From the UHGV virus genome UHGV-1757948: a DNA stretch of 20,276 nucleotides; one strand, 5' to 3'. This stretch comes from a virus. The notes beneath the pieces are model-generated. The model worked only from the letters and a program-made list of their open reading frames with translations, did not search any database and had not been told where the DNA came from. Shown one piece after another: positions 1 to 8,647 of this stretch (positions are counted from its first letter, which is position 1; each line of letters opens with the position of its first letter). Made by a program: the position numbers and the translations under genes.

Positions 1-1
1 A

Positions 2-3000
2 GTAAGATATAATCAAGAAGAGCATCTTCTGTATGTCAGCAACTATACTTGTAAAGCCGATGATAGCATACTTTATGAAATAAGTGTGGATTTAACAGAC
101 ACCCTGACCGTGTCTCAATCCTCATTCAGAGCACAGCTCGATTCCATAAAAACAGAGATACTTACATCCCTGACTTATGGCATGCGTGGTGACATTTTAG
201 CACAATGCGCGAAGTATTTTCTGCGGAAAGACAGTCCGGACACAGCCTTGGATATTATAACATTCCTCAAAGGGCTGCTTGTGGGAGACGGAGACTACGG
301 CATAGATGCGGACGGTACCGCACGGCTGAAGAAACTTCTTGCCGACGAAGCCACAATGAAAACGCTGACCGTGACAGGAAGGGCACATTTCTTCGAGCTT
401 GTCATAGATGAGCTGAACAGCGTCGGAGGTCAACTGATACTGTCCGCTGCTAACTGCACGGTACGCTCTGTCGAAAGAATAAGCGGAGCATGGCGTCTGT
501 GGTGGCTGGCGGAGGACAGCGACGGCAGAGCCGTGCAGAACATGTGGAAGGTCGGAGACCAGGCTCTGGCAATGACATCCAATCTTGCCGAGGGGACATC
601 ATATGATGCAGGAAACAGACTATGGTGGAGACTTGTCACGGCAACAGGGAGCGGAACACGGAACATTGACGGTGAGGACAGAAAGTGCCATTGGATTGAA
701 GTGTCTGAAGCCACGTGCGCGGCTGACAGCCTTGAGCCTGCAGAGGGTGACAGCGTTTGTCTGTGCGGACACCGTGGTGACGACACAGCGCGCAGCCATG
801 CGATAATAATAGCCGCCCACTCCACTCCGGATACCGAGCTGGAGAGTCCGTCATTCGCGCAATACAACGGAATCACAAGTTTTTCTCTAAGCCAGTACCG
901 CACGACATGGTTCGCGGCTAACGGCAATAAGATAAGAGGCGAGCTGGATGTGGACACTTCCGGTCTTGTCAGCTACACGCACCTTGCATGGGGAAACGGT
1001 CCGGACGACTGGACAAAGGACAAATCCCAGAGCACGGCAAAAGACTGGCTCATGCTCGGCATATGCACAGACCGCACGGAGAGCGACGTGGCTCTCGTCT
1101 ACAGCGACTATGCATGGTCAAGGATTAAAGGTACTGACGGAAAGACCACATACTTCCATGTGAAATATTCTTCAAACGAGAACGGAAATCCCATGACAGA
1201 GACGCCCAACCTCTACATCGGCACATACGTTGACTTCACTGAGGCAGACAGCAACGACCCCTCGGACTACACGTGGTCACGCTTCCAAGGATATGACGGG
1301 GAGCAGGGGATACCGGGGAAAAACGGTACGGACGGAAAGACAAGCTACCTTCACATCAAATATTCCGACGACGGGGGAAAGACGTTCACCGCCAGCAACG
1401 GTGAGACACCGGGTGCGTGGCTCGGGCAATGCGTAGACTTCAACTCATATGACCCGACAAGCGTTACCTCATATAAGTGGACACGGATACGCGGTGAGGA
1501 CGGAGCGGACGGAAGTGACGGTGAACCCGGCACGGACGGGCAGGACGGATTCTCGTGGGCACTTGACCCTGCCGCCATAACATTGGAGGCTGACAGTGAC
1601 GGTGTGGTGAGCATGCAGGATGCGACATCACGTCTGCGCGCATGGCTCGGCACGCGCGAGATGACTGTCACCATTACCGCCATAGAGCCAGTGCACTGTC
1701 TTGCGTCACGCAACGGGGCGCAGGTTACAATAACCGCAATAGGGACATATACGGCAGACTGGGGAGGTTCGGTGCCGTACGGAGCGGGATGGGTGCAGAT
1801 TACGGCACAGGCAACACTGGGAGGAGAGACCCGCAGTGTGAGCTGCCGCCTGTCCTTCACTGTATCGTCCATGGCACTCTCATCGCAGATTAAGGCTGAG
1901 ACGGACAGCATAAGCCTTAAAGTCGGCTATCTTGGGGCAAAGGACGGAAACATGGTGACCACTCCTGACATATTCCTGACAGGGAACGGGAACAAGACAT
2001 ACACAATCGGGGACATGTCAAGCCTGCGCGGAAAGACAATAACGGTATCATGCCTTGTCAAGACCGTATCCGCGGTTCCGGCGGCATCTGGCAACAGACG
2101 TATCGGCATGGAGCCCATGGTACGGTATGCCGACGGCAGCACGCAGTATCTCGGAACATGGAGGCAGATAACATCCACGGACACGTTCGAGGGACGCATA
2201 AGCTCCACACACAGGATACAGGATAAGGCTGTGGCGTCGGTAGAACAGTGTAACCTGTATATACAGGGCATATCATCAGGATACTCGTCCGTATCGCGTC
2301 CAAAGATAGAGACAGGTGCGGACGCGACAGACTGGGGACTCAGCGCGGAGGACAGGCTTAAAAGACCGAATCTTCTTCCAGGAACATCGGACTTCAGCCA
2401 ATGCACCGTACAGGATACCGTAGAGGCAGGAGCATACACGACACCTTACGGAGAAAAAATAAGCGTGGCACACGGTGTGAACGAAGCCGGGACATCATAC
2501 AAGGACGTCATCACATGGCGCAACGTGGTGCCCGAGCCGGGCGTACAGTATACGCTCTCATTCTGGGCGCGCGGCACAGGCAGCATCGGCTCGTACTTCT
2601 ATCCGAACTGCACCGACTGGGTCACAAGTCCGGGGACGAAGAACCAGACAGGTGTGACAGACGGATTCGTACAGTTCACGCTTGAAAGCGGATGGAACCG
2701 CTACCAGGTGACATGGAGCACACGCAACGATGTAAGCGGAGCGAAAAGTCTCATAGCGGCACGGCTCATGCCGGACAGTTCTGCACAGGGAGAGATCTGG
2801 ATATGCGGAGTGAAGCTGGAGAAAGGCAGCGAGGCGACAGACTGGCGTTCGGAGACAATCACGCACGACGAGCTGCAGGCGACAGGAATAGACATTGAGC
2901 ACAAGCGCATAAAGGTCACTGCCGACAACTTCGAGATACAGAACAACTCAGGCGAGACTGTCACCACTGTCGACGAGGCGGGCACCCTTACAGGTGTGAT

Positions 3001-3778
3001 GCTCCGCACTATGGACGAAGGACAGGGGCATGTGGAGATAAAGGGAGGACTGATTGAGGTAAAGAACCCTAACGGTGTGACCAACATCAAAATGGGATAT
3101 AACGGCTCATACATGGTACTGTCATATTATGACAATGACGGTACGTTCCTTTATGACCTCGGACCGTGGGGACTGTCCGGCAAGGATGTCTCGGAAGAAC
3201 GGTGGGAGACCAGCAGCAAATACGGACGCCTGCAGCTGACAGGGACCACATTCTCCACCGTAGGCGACATCGTTGGCAACAAACAGATAATGAACACCAT
3301 ATTCCAATATGGTCATGTGTACACGAAAACACCTTTGTACATGTATCTTGCAGGGCGCGTAAACGACACATATCTCAGCGGTGACTACGCCTCCACTCCG
3401 GAGATTGCAAGAGCCGCGAACGGCAGATGGTTCATGGAGCAGGGTAATGTGACCACGGCACAGGCTGTCACAGGAATGTGGGCGCAGGACAATCCGGAAT
3501 CGTTCATGATAGGCTCGCCTATGGACACACCGCCAATGGACTATACGCGATATGAAGATGACTATGCGGAAAAGGTGGATTTCTCCAGACAATGGTGCTC
3601 GCGCAATGTGTACAGATTCTCGAACATCGGAATCGTACAACCGGGAAGCGGCACCGTATACTACGGCAGCATGATAACGACAACAGCCGTATACATGAAT
3701 TATGACAGGGTGCAGATGATACAGATTAATCGCATTGACGATGATGACACGGACACGAACGGAAACATATATTTATGA
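2..3778 (+). CDS. Tail fibre / host-specificity protein, 5' end truncated by the window (at least 1258 aa)
   Basis: The track ORF starts at GTG 86, but the same frame has no stop back to nt 2, so the gene very likely begins upstream of the window. It contains repeated Y-x-W-[ST]-R-[IF]-x-G modules with collagen-like G-x-y runs (GEDGADGSDGEPGTDGQDG). Two jelly-roll-type domain ends are present (RPKIETGADATDW and VKLEKGSEATDW). Size and position upstream of the lysis genes fit a tail fibre. Confidence 0.85.
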   Translation, partial: VRYNQEEHLLYVSNYTCKADDSILYEISVDLTDTLTVSQSSFRAQLDSIKTEILTSLTYGMRGDILAQCAKYFLRKDSPDTALDIITFLKGLLVGDGDYGIDADGTARLKKLLADEATMKTLTVTGRAHFFELVIDELNSVGGQLILSAANCTVRSVERISGAWRLWWLAEDSDGRAVQNMWKVGDQALAMTSNLAEGTSYDAGNRLWWRLVTATGSGTRNIDGEDRKCHWIEVSEATCAADSLEPAEGDSVCLCGHRGDDTARSHAIIIAAHSTPDTELESPSFAQYNGITSFSLSQYRTTWFAANGNKIRGELDVDTSGLVSYTHLAWGNGPDDWTKDKSQSTAKDWLMLGICTDRTESDVALVYSDYAWSRIKGTDGKTTYFHVKYSSNENGNPMTETPNLYIGTYVDFTEADSNDPSDYTWSRFQGYDGEQGIPGKNGTDGKTSYLHIKYSDDGGKTFTASNGETPGAWLGQCVDFNSYDPTSVTSYKWTRIRGEDGADGSDGEPGTDGQDGFSWALDPAAITLEADSDGVVSMQDATSRLRAWLGTREMTVTITAIEPVHCLASRNGAQVTITAIGTYTADWGGSVPYGAGWVQITAQATLGGETRSVSCRLSFTVSSMALSSQIKAETDSISLKVGYLGAKDGNMVTTPDIFLTGNGNKTYTIGDMSSLRGKTITVSCLVKTVSAVPAASGNRRIGMEPMVRYADGSTQYLGTWRQITSTDTFEGRISSTHRIQDKAVASVEQCNLYIQGISSGYSSVSRPKIETGADATDWGLSAEDRLKRPNLLPGTSDFSQCTVQDTVEAGAYTTPYGEKISVAHGVNEAGTSYKDVITWRNVVPEPGVQYTLSFWARGTGSIGSYFYPNCTDWVTSPGTKNQTGVTDGFVQFTLESGWNRYQVTWSTRNDVSGAKSLIAARLMPDSSAQGEIWICGVKLEKGSEATDWRSETITHDELQATGIDIEHKRIKVTADNFEIQNNSGETVTTVDEAGTLTGVMLRTMDEGQGHVEIKGGLIEVKNPNGVTNIKMGYNGSYMVLSYYDNDGTFLYDLGPWGLSGKDVSEERWETSSKYGRLQLTGTTFSTVGDIVGNKQIMNTIFQYGHVYTKTPLYMYLAGRVNDTYLSGDYASTPEIARAANGRWFMEQGNVTTAQAVTGMWAQDNPESFMIGSPMDTPPMDYTRYEDDYAEKVDFSRQWCSRNVYRFSNIGIVQPGSGTVYYGSMITTTAVYMNYDRVQMIQINRIDDDDTDTNGNIYL
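1109..1550 (+). repeat. Intragenic tandem protein modules with collagen-like triplets inside the tail-fibre gene
   Basis: Modules start in frame at 1109 (YAWSRIKGTDGKTTYFHVKYSS), 1268 (YTWSRFQGYDGEQGIPGKNGTDGKTSYLHIKYSD) and 1472 (YKWTRIRGEDGADGSDGEPGTDGQDG). The repeat is conserved at protein level and diverged at DNA level. Confidence 0.7.
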
Positions 3779-3800
3779 TAAAAAAACAGGAGGACAGTAT

Positions 3801-3908
3801 ATGACATTGACAACATTGAACTTTTCCAAGACCGGAGGCTTGTGGCATGCGGAATGGACACATGGCGGTGAGGGAATATTACAGATAGACGGTGAGCCGG
3901 AACAGTAA
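3801..3908 (+). CDS. Small hypothetical protein (35 aa), below the ORF-track cutoff
   Basis: An ATG at 3801 is preceded by cAGGAGGacagtat (SD-like, about 7-nt spacer) and a TAA lies at 3906-3908. My translation is MTLTTLNFSKTGGLWHAEWTHGGEGILQIDGEPEQ. It fills the gap between the fibre gene and the next gene. There is no homology support. Confidence 0.4.
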   Translation: MTLTTLNFSKTGGLWHAEWTHGGEGILQIDGEPEQ

Positions 3909-3924
3909 AGAAAGGAGACAGACC

Positions 3925-4578
3925 ATGAGACGTATAAGAATAGGAAACGACATCATTCTGCGCATAAGGCTTACACGCCGTGGCGGTGCAGAGAACCTCG
4001 AGGGAAAGAAAATAGGTCTTATGCTGCGCAACATTCTCGGCAGTGTGAGCCTTCTTGTAGTACAGTCAGGAGGGGAGCTGATAGCAGGATGGCAGGGCAC
4101 ACAGCAGCAGTGGACAGGTGCGTATACAGTGACACTCACAGAGGATTGGGGCGAGAACAACCGCAACACCGTGGATGAGGCATGCGCCTTCGAGCTTGTG
4201 TCAATAAGCAGCGACGAGGGTGTGGAGACCGGCACCGTGAACATCGAGCTTGACATGGACATCAGCGTGCCGGGCAACGGTCTGTCCGCCTATGAGATAG
4301 CCGTGCTGCACGGCTTTGAGGGCACAGAAGAAGAATGGCTGGAGAGTTTAAAGCCCGACACGAGTAATTTTGTGACAACCGAACAAGTAGCGGAAGACTA
4401 TCAGCCAAAGGGAGATTATGTTACAGAAGCACCTAAGGATGGGAAAAACTATGTACGGAAAGATGGAAGCTGGACTGAGTTTGCAGGAAGTGGAAAAGCT
4501 AATGCCTTTTTTTCGAATAATATCCTTAAATTTGAGAGCGGAGGAGCACAATTTAACAACAACATATTAATAATTTGA
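3925..4578 (+). CDS. Tail-fibre-associated protein (217 aa from ATG 3925; the track starts at GTG 3892)
   Basis: ATG 3925 is preceded by aaAGGAGacagacc. The protein contains the fibre linker motif LSAYEIAVLHGFEGTEEEWLESLKP. This is followed by YQPKGDYVT and DGKNYVRKDGSW motifs, which are common in phage fibre proteins. Confidence 0.75.
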   Translation: MRRIRIGNDIILRIRLTRRGGAENLEGKKIGLMLRNILGSVSLLVVQSGGELIAGWQGTQQQWTGAYTVTLTEDWGENNRNTVDEACAFELVSISSDEGVETGTVNIELDMDISVPGNGLSAYEIAVLHGFEGTEEEWLESLKPDTSNFVTTEQVAEDYQPKGDYVTEAPKDGKNYVRKDGSWTEFAGSGKANAFFSNNILKFESGGAQFNNNILII

Positions 4579-4580
4579 TT

Positions 4581-5315
4581 ATGTCAGAAAAAATTAGCCA
4601 AATTCAGATTAACGCCGACGTCAGAGATATAGAAGACGCGCAGGCATTACACAAAGGTGATAGTTTAGGCACAATAAATGGACAGTCTTTTAATGAAGGT
4701 AATGACTTAAACATTGAAGTTGGTACCAATGATTACAATGCCCTTAAAAACAAGCCACAAATAAACGGACATGAGTTGTCTGGGAATAAATCAGCAAAAG
4801 ATTTAGGCTTACAAGAAGCAGGTGACTATGTAACTCCCGAAGATATACCCGATGTGAGCGAACTGGCAACAAAGACAGAATTGGCAGAAGGACTGGAAGG
4901 CAAGCAGCCAAAGGGTGATTATGCCACAAAGGCAGAAATACCAGATGTGAGTGGATTTATTACCTCTTCACAAGCGGAAGAAAAATATCAGCCGAAAGGA
5001 ACTTATGTCACCACGACTGAACTATCTAAAAAGGCAGATAAAATCGCAACCGAAAATGTAGCCGAAACTACAAAGGAATTGCAACCGAACAAGTATTACA
5101 TATTTGGCGAAGTTGCCACACTTACCATAACTCTTGCAGCAGGAGAAGAAAATGTCCTTGCTGAATACATGTTTGAGTTTACAAGCGGCACAACTCCAAC
5201 AATATTGTCACTGCCCGAGGACGTTAAATGGATAGGTGAAAGCACGATTGAGGCAAGCAAGACATATCAAGTGAGCATCGTCAATAATATAGCAGTCATG
5301 GGAGGTGCAGCATGA
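4581..5315 (+). CDS. Tail fibre / receptor-binding protein (244 aa from ATG 4581; the track starts at TTG 4575)
   Basis: It carries a DYNALKNKPQINGHELSGNKSAKDLGL motif and three [Q]PKG[DT]Y[AV]T repeats, each followed by an IPDVS-type segment. The stop of the upstream gene (4576-4578) lies just before the ATG. Confidence 0.75.
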   Translation: MSEKISQIQINADVRDIEDAQALHKGDSLGTINGQSFNEGNDLNIEVGTNDYNALKNKPQINGHELSGNKSAKDLGLQEAGDYVTPEDIPDVSELATKTELAEGLEGKQPKGDYATKAEIPDVSGFITSSQAEEKYQPKGTYVTTTELSKKADKIATENVAETTKELQPNKYYIFGEVATLTITLAAGEENVLAEYMFEFTSGTTPTILSLPEDVKWIGESTIEASKTYQVSIVNNIAVMGGAA

Positions 5316-6001
5316 GCATATACAGACGCAGGCTTATGATAGCCAACACACTTAAAAAGAGTGACAGCAACATAAATTATCCTGGACTTATTGCAGCATG
5401 GTCGGCAGCAGGAAAGAGCAATGACGATGCTGATAGAAACGTGTTGCACGATTTGACGGGTAATGGGCTTGACATTACGCTGAACGGCTTTGCGTTCAAT
5501 ACAGAAGGAAGTGGCTATGGACATCCCGAATACCCCGATGCTCTTGTCTTTGACGGAGTGGATGATTACGGTATTAATGAGGAAATGCCGATATTGACTG
5601 ATTATACGGTTATTGTTAAGAGAGAAATATTTAGTGGCGGATTATATTCTCATGTAATCGGAAAACGTACAGGCTCTATACCGGGAGCTTTTTGGTTTGA
5701 AAGAGGTAAAGGAGATACTCATAGCTTTGGAATGGCTAATTCAATCAATATATTAAATGAAAGTATATCTTGGCAGTCCACGACAAGCTATAACGGGACA
5801 CCTATAGAAAAAGGTGAAGCTGAGGATATTCATGAATTAACGATAGGTGTAGCAAGCAAAACATATCCAGATTTTAGGGGTATGGCTTTCTACTCCGCCT
5901 ACCTCTTTGACCGCTCATTGGGTGAGCAGGAGATAAAGTCATTTATTAGAAAGTATATAGACGCAGACTATCTGTTACCGAGTGAACAAACAACAGAATA
6001 A
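5312..6001 (+). CDS. LamG-like (Laminin_G_3 / concanavalin-A-like lectin) jelly-roll protein
   Basis: It has an ATGA overlap with the upstream stop. Motifs are HDLTGNGLDITLNG...ALVFDGVDDYG near the N-terminus and FRGMAFYSAYLFDRSLGEQEIKSF at the C-terminus. This is the usual start and end signature of Laminin_G_3 domains. Confidence 0.72.
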   Translation: MSIYRRRLMIANTLKKSDSNINYPGLIAAWSAAGKSNDDADRNVLHDLTGNGLDITLNGFAFNTEGSGYGHPEYPDALVFDGVDDYGINEEMPILTDYTVIVKREIFSGGLYSHVIGKRTGSIPGAFWFERGKGDTHSFGMANSINILNESISWQSTTSYNGTPIEKGEAEDIHELTIGVASKTYPDFRGMAFYSAYLFDRSLGEQEIKSFIRKYIDADYLLPSEQTTE

Positions 6002-6006
6002 AGAAT

Positions 6007-6663
6007 ATGAGATTTATTATAGCAACAATAGCACAAGCAAAGGCGCACGGAATTGAGATTATATCGACAATGCGCCAATCAGTGGATAAGACACAAGTAG
6101 TGTTCCACGAAGAATATGTAAAGAACATTGACGAATTTAATGCCTTAAAGAGGTATGAATTTGATGATGCTGAATTTACAGACCTTATGGCAAGTGAAGC
6201 ATGGACACACGGAGAAGATTATGTGCAGCCAAATGAGGACTTTGCAAAGGTATTAGCCATGCAGATATTGACAGCAGACACAAAGGCGCAGATAAACACC
6301 ATGTCGCTGTCTAACAACGAGGCTCTGAAAGTTAAGGAGTTTTATCCCGAATGGAAAGAAGGAATTGACGTCAACAAAGGCGAAAAGTACAACTGTGACG
6401 ATGACCTTTGGGAAGCACTTACAACGCATAAGACGCAGGCGAATTGGCGTCCGTCTTTGGAAACCGCATCTATATGGAAACATATTGACGAGGAACATGA
6501 GGGCACAGAGGACGACCCGATACCATACGCACCGCCTATGGAGTTGTTCAACGGTAAATATTACACGCAAGACGAGGTAAAATACAGGTGTACCCGTGAC
6601 AGCGGAATACCTTTGTCACAGAACCTGAGTGAACTTGTGGGATTATATGTGGAACTTGTTTAA
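6007..6663 (+). CDS. Hypothetical protein with a CBM5/12-like carbohydrate-binding motif
   Basis: The segment YPEWKEGIDVNKGEKYNCDDDLWEALTTHKTQANWRPSLETASIWKHI resembles the W..G..Y..GD.V.Y.G.LY.C.Q.H.S...W.P......LW pattern of CBM5/12-type modules. It is the last gene of the low-GC fibre cassette. Confidence 0.5.
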   Translation: MRFIIATIAQAKAHGIEIISTMRQSVDKTQVVFHEEYVKNIDEFNALKRYEFDDAEFTDLMASEAWTHGEDYVQPNEDFAKVLAMQILTADTKAQINTMSLSNNEALKVKEFYPEWKEGIDVNKGEKYNCDDDLWEALTTHKTQANWRPSLETASIWKHIDEEHEGTEDDPIPYAPPMELFNGKYYTQDEVKYRCTRDSGIPLSQNLSELVGLYVELV

Positions 6664-6680
6664 TTTAAAAACCAAAGACT

Positions 6681-6944
6681 ATGAAGGAAAAAGTTATCAG
6701 ATTCGTGACAAACAGATGGTTCGGCTTCGTGGCAGGACTGGTAATCGCAATGCTGTACATGTGGCAGGAACAGAGCCTCGGCAGCGTCAACGCGTGGATA
6801 ATGGGAATCATCACACCTATGCTCTTCGGAGCGTTCGCCGAGGTGGTGAGACATGTCACCACGGAGGACACGTACAAGTGGAAGAACCTGCTGTGGTGGC
6901 TCGCGGGAGCTGTCATTGGAGTAGTGGCGATGCTTGTGGTTTGA
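6681..6944 (+). CDS. Small membrane protein with 3 predicted TM segments, holin candidate
   Basis: The 87-aa product has three hydrophobic stretches: WFGFVAGLVIAMLYMW, AWIMGIITPMLFGAFAEVV and LLWWLAGAVIGVVAMLVV. It is the first gene after the fibre cassette, with two genes (7027..7260 and 7257..7865) between it and the amidase. The holin role is inferred from size, topology and position only. Confidence 0.6.
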   Translation: MKEKVIRFVTNRWFGFVAGLVIAMLYMWQEQSLGSVNAWIMGIITPMLFGAFAEVVRHVTTEDTYKWKNLLWWLAGAVIGVVAMLVV

Positions 6945-6956
6945 TTCCCGGCATCC

Positions 6957-6983
6957 AGGGCAGGGACTCATATGCCCTGCCCT
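6957..6983 (+). promoter_or_regulatory. GC-rich hairpin between two lysis-cassette membrane-protein genes
   Basis: AGGGCAGGG (6957-6965) and CCCTGCCCT (6975-6983) form a perfect 9-bp stem with a 9-nt loop. No T-run follows. It lies between stop 6944 and ATG 7027. Confidence 0.5.
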
Positions 6984-7026
6984 ATCATTTGACTTGATGT
7001 ATGTACGAATAAAAAAACAAGGGAGA

Positions 7027-7260
7027 ATGAACAAGATTATAATGTGGTTTAAGACAAGCAACCGATGGAAGCATCTGCTTGGCGGTCTGATTATCGGTAT
7101 GGGAGCGGATGATATATACTGTGCGGCATACGCAGGCATAGGCGTTGCGGCAGCCCTTGAACTGAAAGACAGGCAATGGGGCGGCAAATGGGACTGGACA
7201 GACTTCGGGCTGACAACAGCCGGAACAGTTGTGGGACAATGCATAAGGATGATGATATGA
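7027..7260 (+). CDS. Small membrane protein (77 aa from ATG 7027), holin/antiholin candidate
   Basis: ATG 7027 is preceded by caaGGGAGa. The hydrophobic segments are HLLGGLIIGMGADDIYCAAYAGIGVAAAL and FGLTTAGTVVGQCI. The track ORF start at 6934 overlaps the upstream gene and the hairpin, so the later start is preferred. Confidence 0.55.
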   Translation: MNKIIMWFKTSNRWKHLLGGLIIGMGADDIYCAAYAGIGVAAALELKDRQWGGKWDWTDFGLTTAGTVVGQCIRMMI

Positions 7261-7865
7261 ACGAGGTACAAAGCACATTGGAGGTCGCAAAAGGCATAAG
7301 CGACTATGGGATAATGATAGTCATCTGCGCGGTGTTCCTGCTGCTCGCCTCAGGTCTGATGATTGCGTGTTTCCGCTGGTTCAAATCAGCGATAAGCAAC
7401 ATAATATCCTACACTGACGAGCTGCGCGAGCTTAACGGAAAGCTGGAAAACAACAACCACGTCATGGTGACGATAGCGGAGGGACTGATGCCTGAGACAC
7501 AACTGCGGATAAAGAACATATCCGGAGCGTTCTTTGACCTTGCGGTGGAGAAAGTATGCAGACTCCTGAAGAAAATAAGGGAGGAGAACCATATAGCCGA
7601 CAAGGAAAGGACAAAGGCTAAGATACGCACCCTGCTGAGCAACATGTATGAGGACAGGAACAGCAAGTTCGACAATTTCCATTACCGTGGGAAAAAGCTC
7701 TCGGAGTACTGCAATCCGGAATGGACAGAATGGGTGGCGAAAGTAATAGAGGGAGAGCTGTACAATGAGAACGGTGCGAACAACGGAAGAGCCTACACCA
7801 ACGTCAGCGCAGTATATGACAATATAAAATTGGACTTTTATCACAGAATGACAGACCAGATATGA
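7257..7865 (+). CDS. N-terminally membrane-anchored protein with a helical ectodomain (202 aa from ATG 7257)
   Basis: It has an ATGA overlap with the stop at 7258-7260. A single TM (YGIMIVICAVFLLLASGLMIACFRWF) is followed by a charged helical region. It sits directly upstream of the endolysin. An i-spanin-like or lysis-regulator role is only a guess. Confidence 0.65.
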   Translation: MNEVQSTLEVAKGISDYGIMIVICAVFLLLASGLMIACFRWFKSAISNIISYTDELRELNGKLENNNHVMVTIAEGLMPETQLRIKNISGAFFDLAVEKVCRLLKKIREENHIADKERTKAKIRTLLSNMYEDRNSKFDNFHYRGKKLSEYCNPEWTEWVAKVIEGELYNENGANNGRAYTNVSAVYDNIKLDFYHRMTDQI

Positions 7866-7895
7866 CGATAAACGCATTTTACAACATTATAAATC

Positions 7896-8489
7896 ATGGA
7901 AAAGTTTAAAGTTATACTTGATGCGGGACACGGAAGGGACACCGCAGGGAAACGTTCGCCTGACGGACGCCTGCTCGAATACGCATACGCCCGTGAGATT
8001 GCAGTGCGTCTTGAAAGGGAACTCAAGGCACGTGGATATGACGCGCAGCGCATTGTGCCCGAGGAAAACGACATCTGCCTGAAAGAGCGGTGCGAAAGGG
8101 CAAACAGAATTTATGCCGCGACAGGAAAGAAAGCGATACTTGTCTCAATACACTGTAACGCGGCTGGTGCCGACGGCAAATGGCATGACGCCAGAGGATG
8201 GTCGGCTTATGTCTCGCGCAACGCTTCAAAGAAGAGCAAAGAGCTCGCCTGCCGTCTGATTGACGCGGCAGAGACACAAGGACTGAAAGTCCGAAGATAC
8301 TCACAGGATGAGCCATATTGGACACAGAATCTCGCAATATGCCGTGACACAAATTGTCCCGCAGTCCTGACTGAAAACCTTTTTCAGGACAACCGGGAGG
8401 ACGTGGACTATCTGCTGAGCGAGAAAGGCAAGCGAACCATTGTGGAGCTGCACGTGGAAGGCATCATGGCGTACTTGGGGAAAGTGTGA
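7896..8489 (+). CDS. N-acetylmuramoyl-L-alanine amidase (Amidase_3 type) endolysin
   Basis: KVILDAGHGRDTAGKRSPDG, EYAYAREIA, SIHCNAAG and TENLFQDN follow the classical Amidase_3 zinc-amidase motif order. The gene lies at the end of the late operon. Confidence 0.92.
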   Translation: MEKFKVILDAGHGRDTAGKRSPDGRLLEYAYAREIAVRLERELKARGYDAQRIVPEENDICLKERCERANRIYAATGKKAILVSIHCNAAGADGKWHDARGWSAYVSRNASKKSKELACRLIDAAETQGLKVRRYSQDEPYWTQNLAICRDTNCPAVLTENLFQDNREDVDYLLSEKGKRTIVELHVEGIMAYLGKV

Positions 8490-8515
8490 GCTCGTTTCCA
8501 AAATGGAAATAACTG

Positions 8516-8544
8516 ACGACAGTTGCAAATTCCGCAACCGTCGT
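8516..8544 (+). terminator. Possible terminator hairpin after the endolysin gene
   Basis: ACGACAGTTGC (8516-8526) pairs with GCAACCGTCGT (8534-8544) as an 11-bp stem with one mismatch and a 7-nt loop. There is no U-tract, so the call is weak. The 3' arm could alternatively pair with GGTTGC at 8567-8572. Confidence 0.3.
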
Positions 8545-8596
8545 AAAGGCGTTCTTTGACATTGTGGGTTGCCGTTAAAAATACAATATTTTCGAA

Positions 8597-8635
8597 AAAT
8601 TATATACAATTATTTTGGGAAATTATATATCTTTG
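8597..8635 (+). promoter_or_regulatory. Candidate Bacteroidetes-type promoter (-7 box TAnnTTTG) with a flanking direct repeat
   Basis: TATCTTTG at 8628-8635 matches the Bacteroides -7 consensus TAnnTTTG. A 10-nt direct repeat AAATTATATA occurs at 8597-8606 and 8620-8629 (23-bp period). TTTG at 8614-8617 lies closer than the canonical -33 spacing, so the call is tentative. Confidence 0.4.
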
Positions 8636-8647
8636 CACAATATAAGA

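Noticed and set aside
86-88. GTG at 86 taken as the true start of the fibre gene.
   Set aside because: The frame is open back to nt 2, and the upstream residues (..YNQEEHLLYVSNYTCKADDSILYEIS) read as a natural continuation. No ribosome-binding context precedes 86. I treat the gene as a 5'-partial CDS, although an internal start cannot be excluded.
430-3640. Many long antisense or off-frame ORFs inside the tail-fibre gene (for example 430-957 -, 1351-1911 -, 1927-2439 -, 3122-3640 -).
   Set aside because: They are shadow ORFs of a GC-rich coding region. Their products are Ser/Arg/Cys/His/Pro-rich and low in complexity, they have no start context or coupling, and they are wholly nested in a 1258-aa frame with clear fibre motifs.
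4395-5015. Recurrent CAGCCAAAGGG(A/T)GATTATG... segments considered as a template/variable repeat pair of a diversity-generating retroelement.
   Set aside because: The matches are only about 20-30 nt and encode the QPKGDY fibre motif. The mismatches are not adenine-specific, and no reverse transcriptase or accessory gene exists in the window.
6629-6997. A 122-aa + ORF overlapping the end of the CBM-like gene and the first membrane-protein gene.
   Set aside because: It is out of frame with both better-supported genes. The product is Arg/Gly/His-rich and looks like no real protein, and the 6681-6944 frame gives a clean 3-TM protein.
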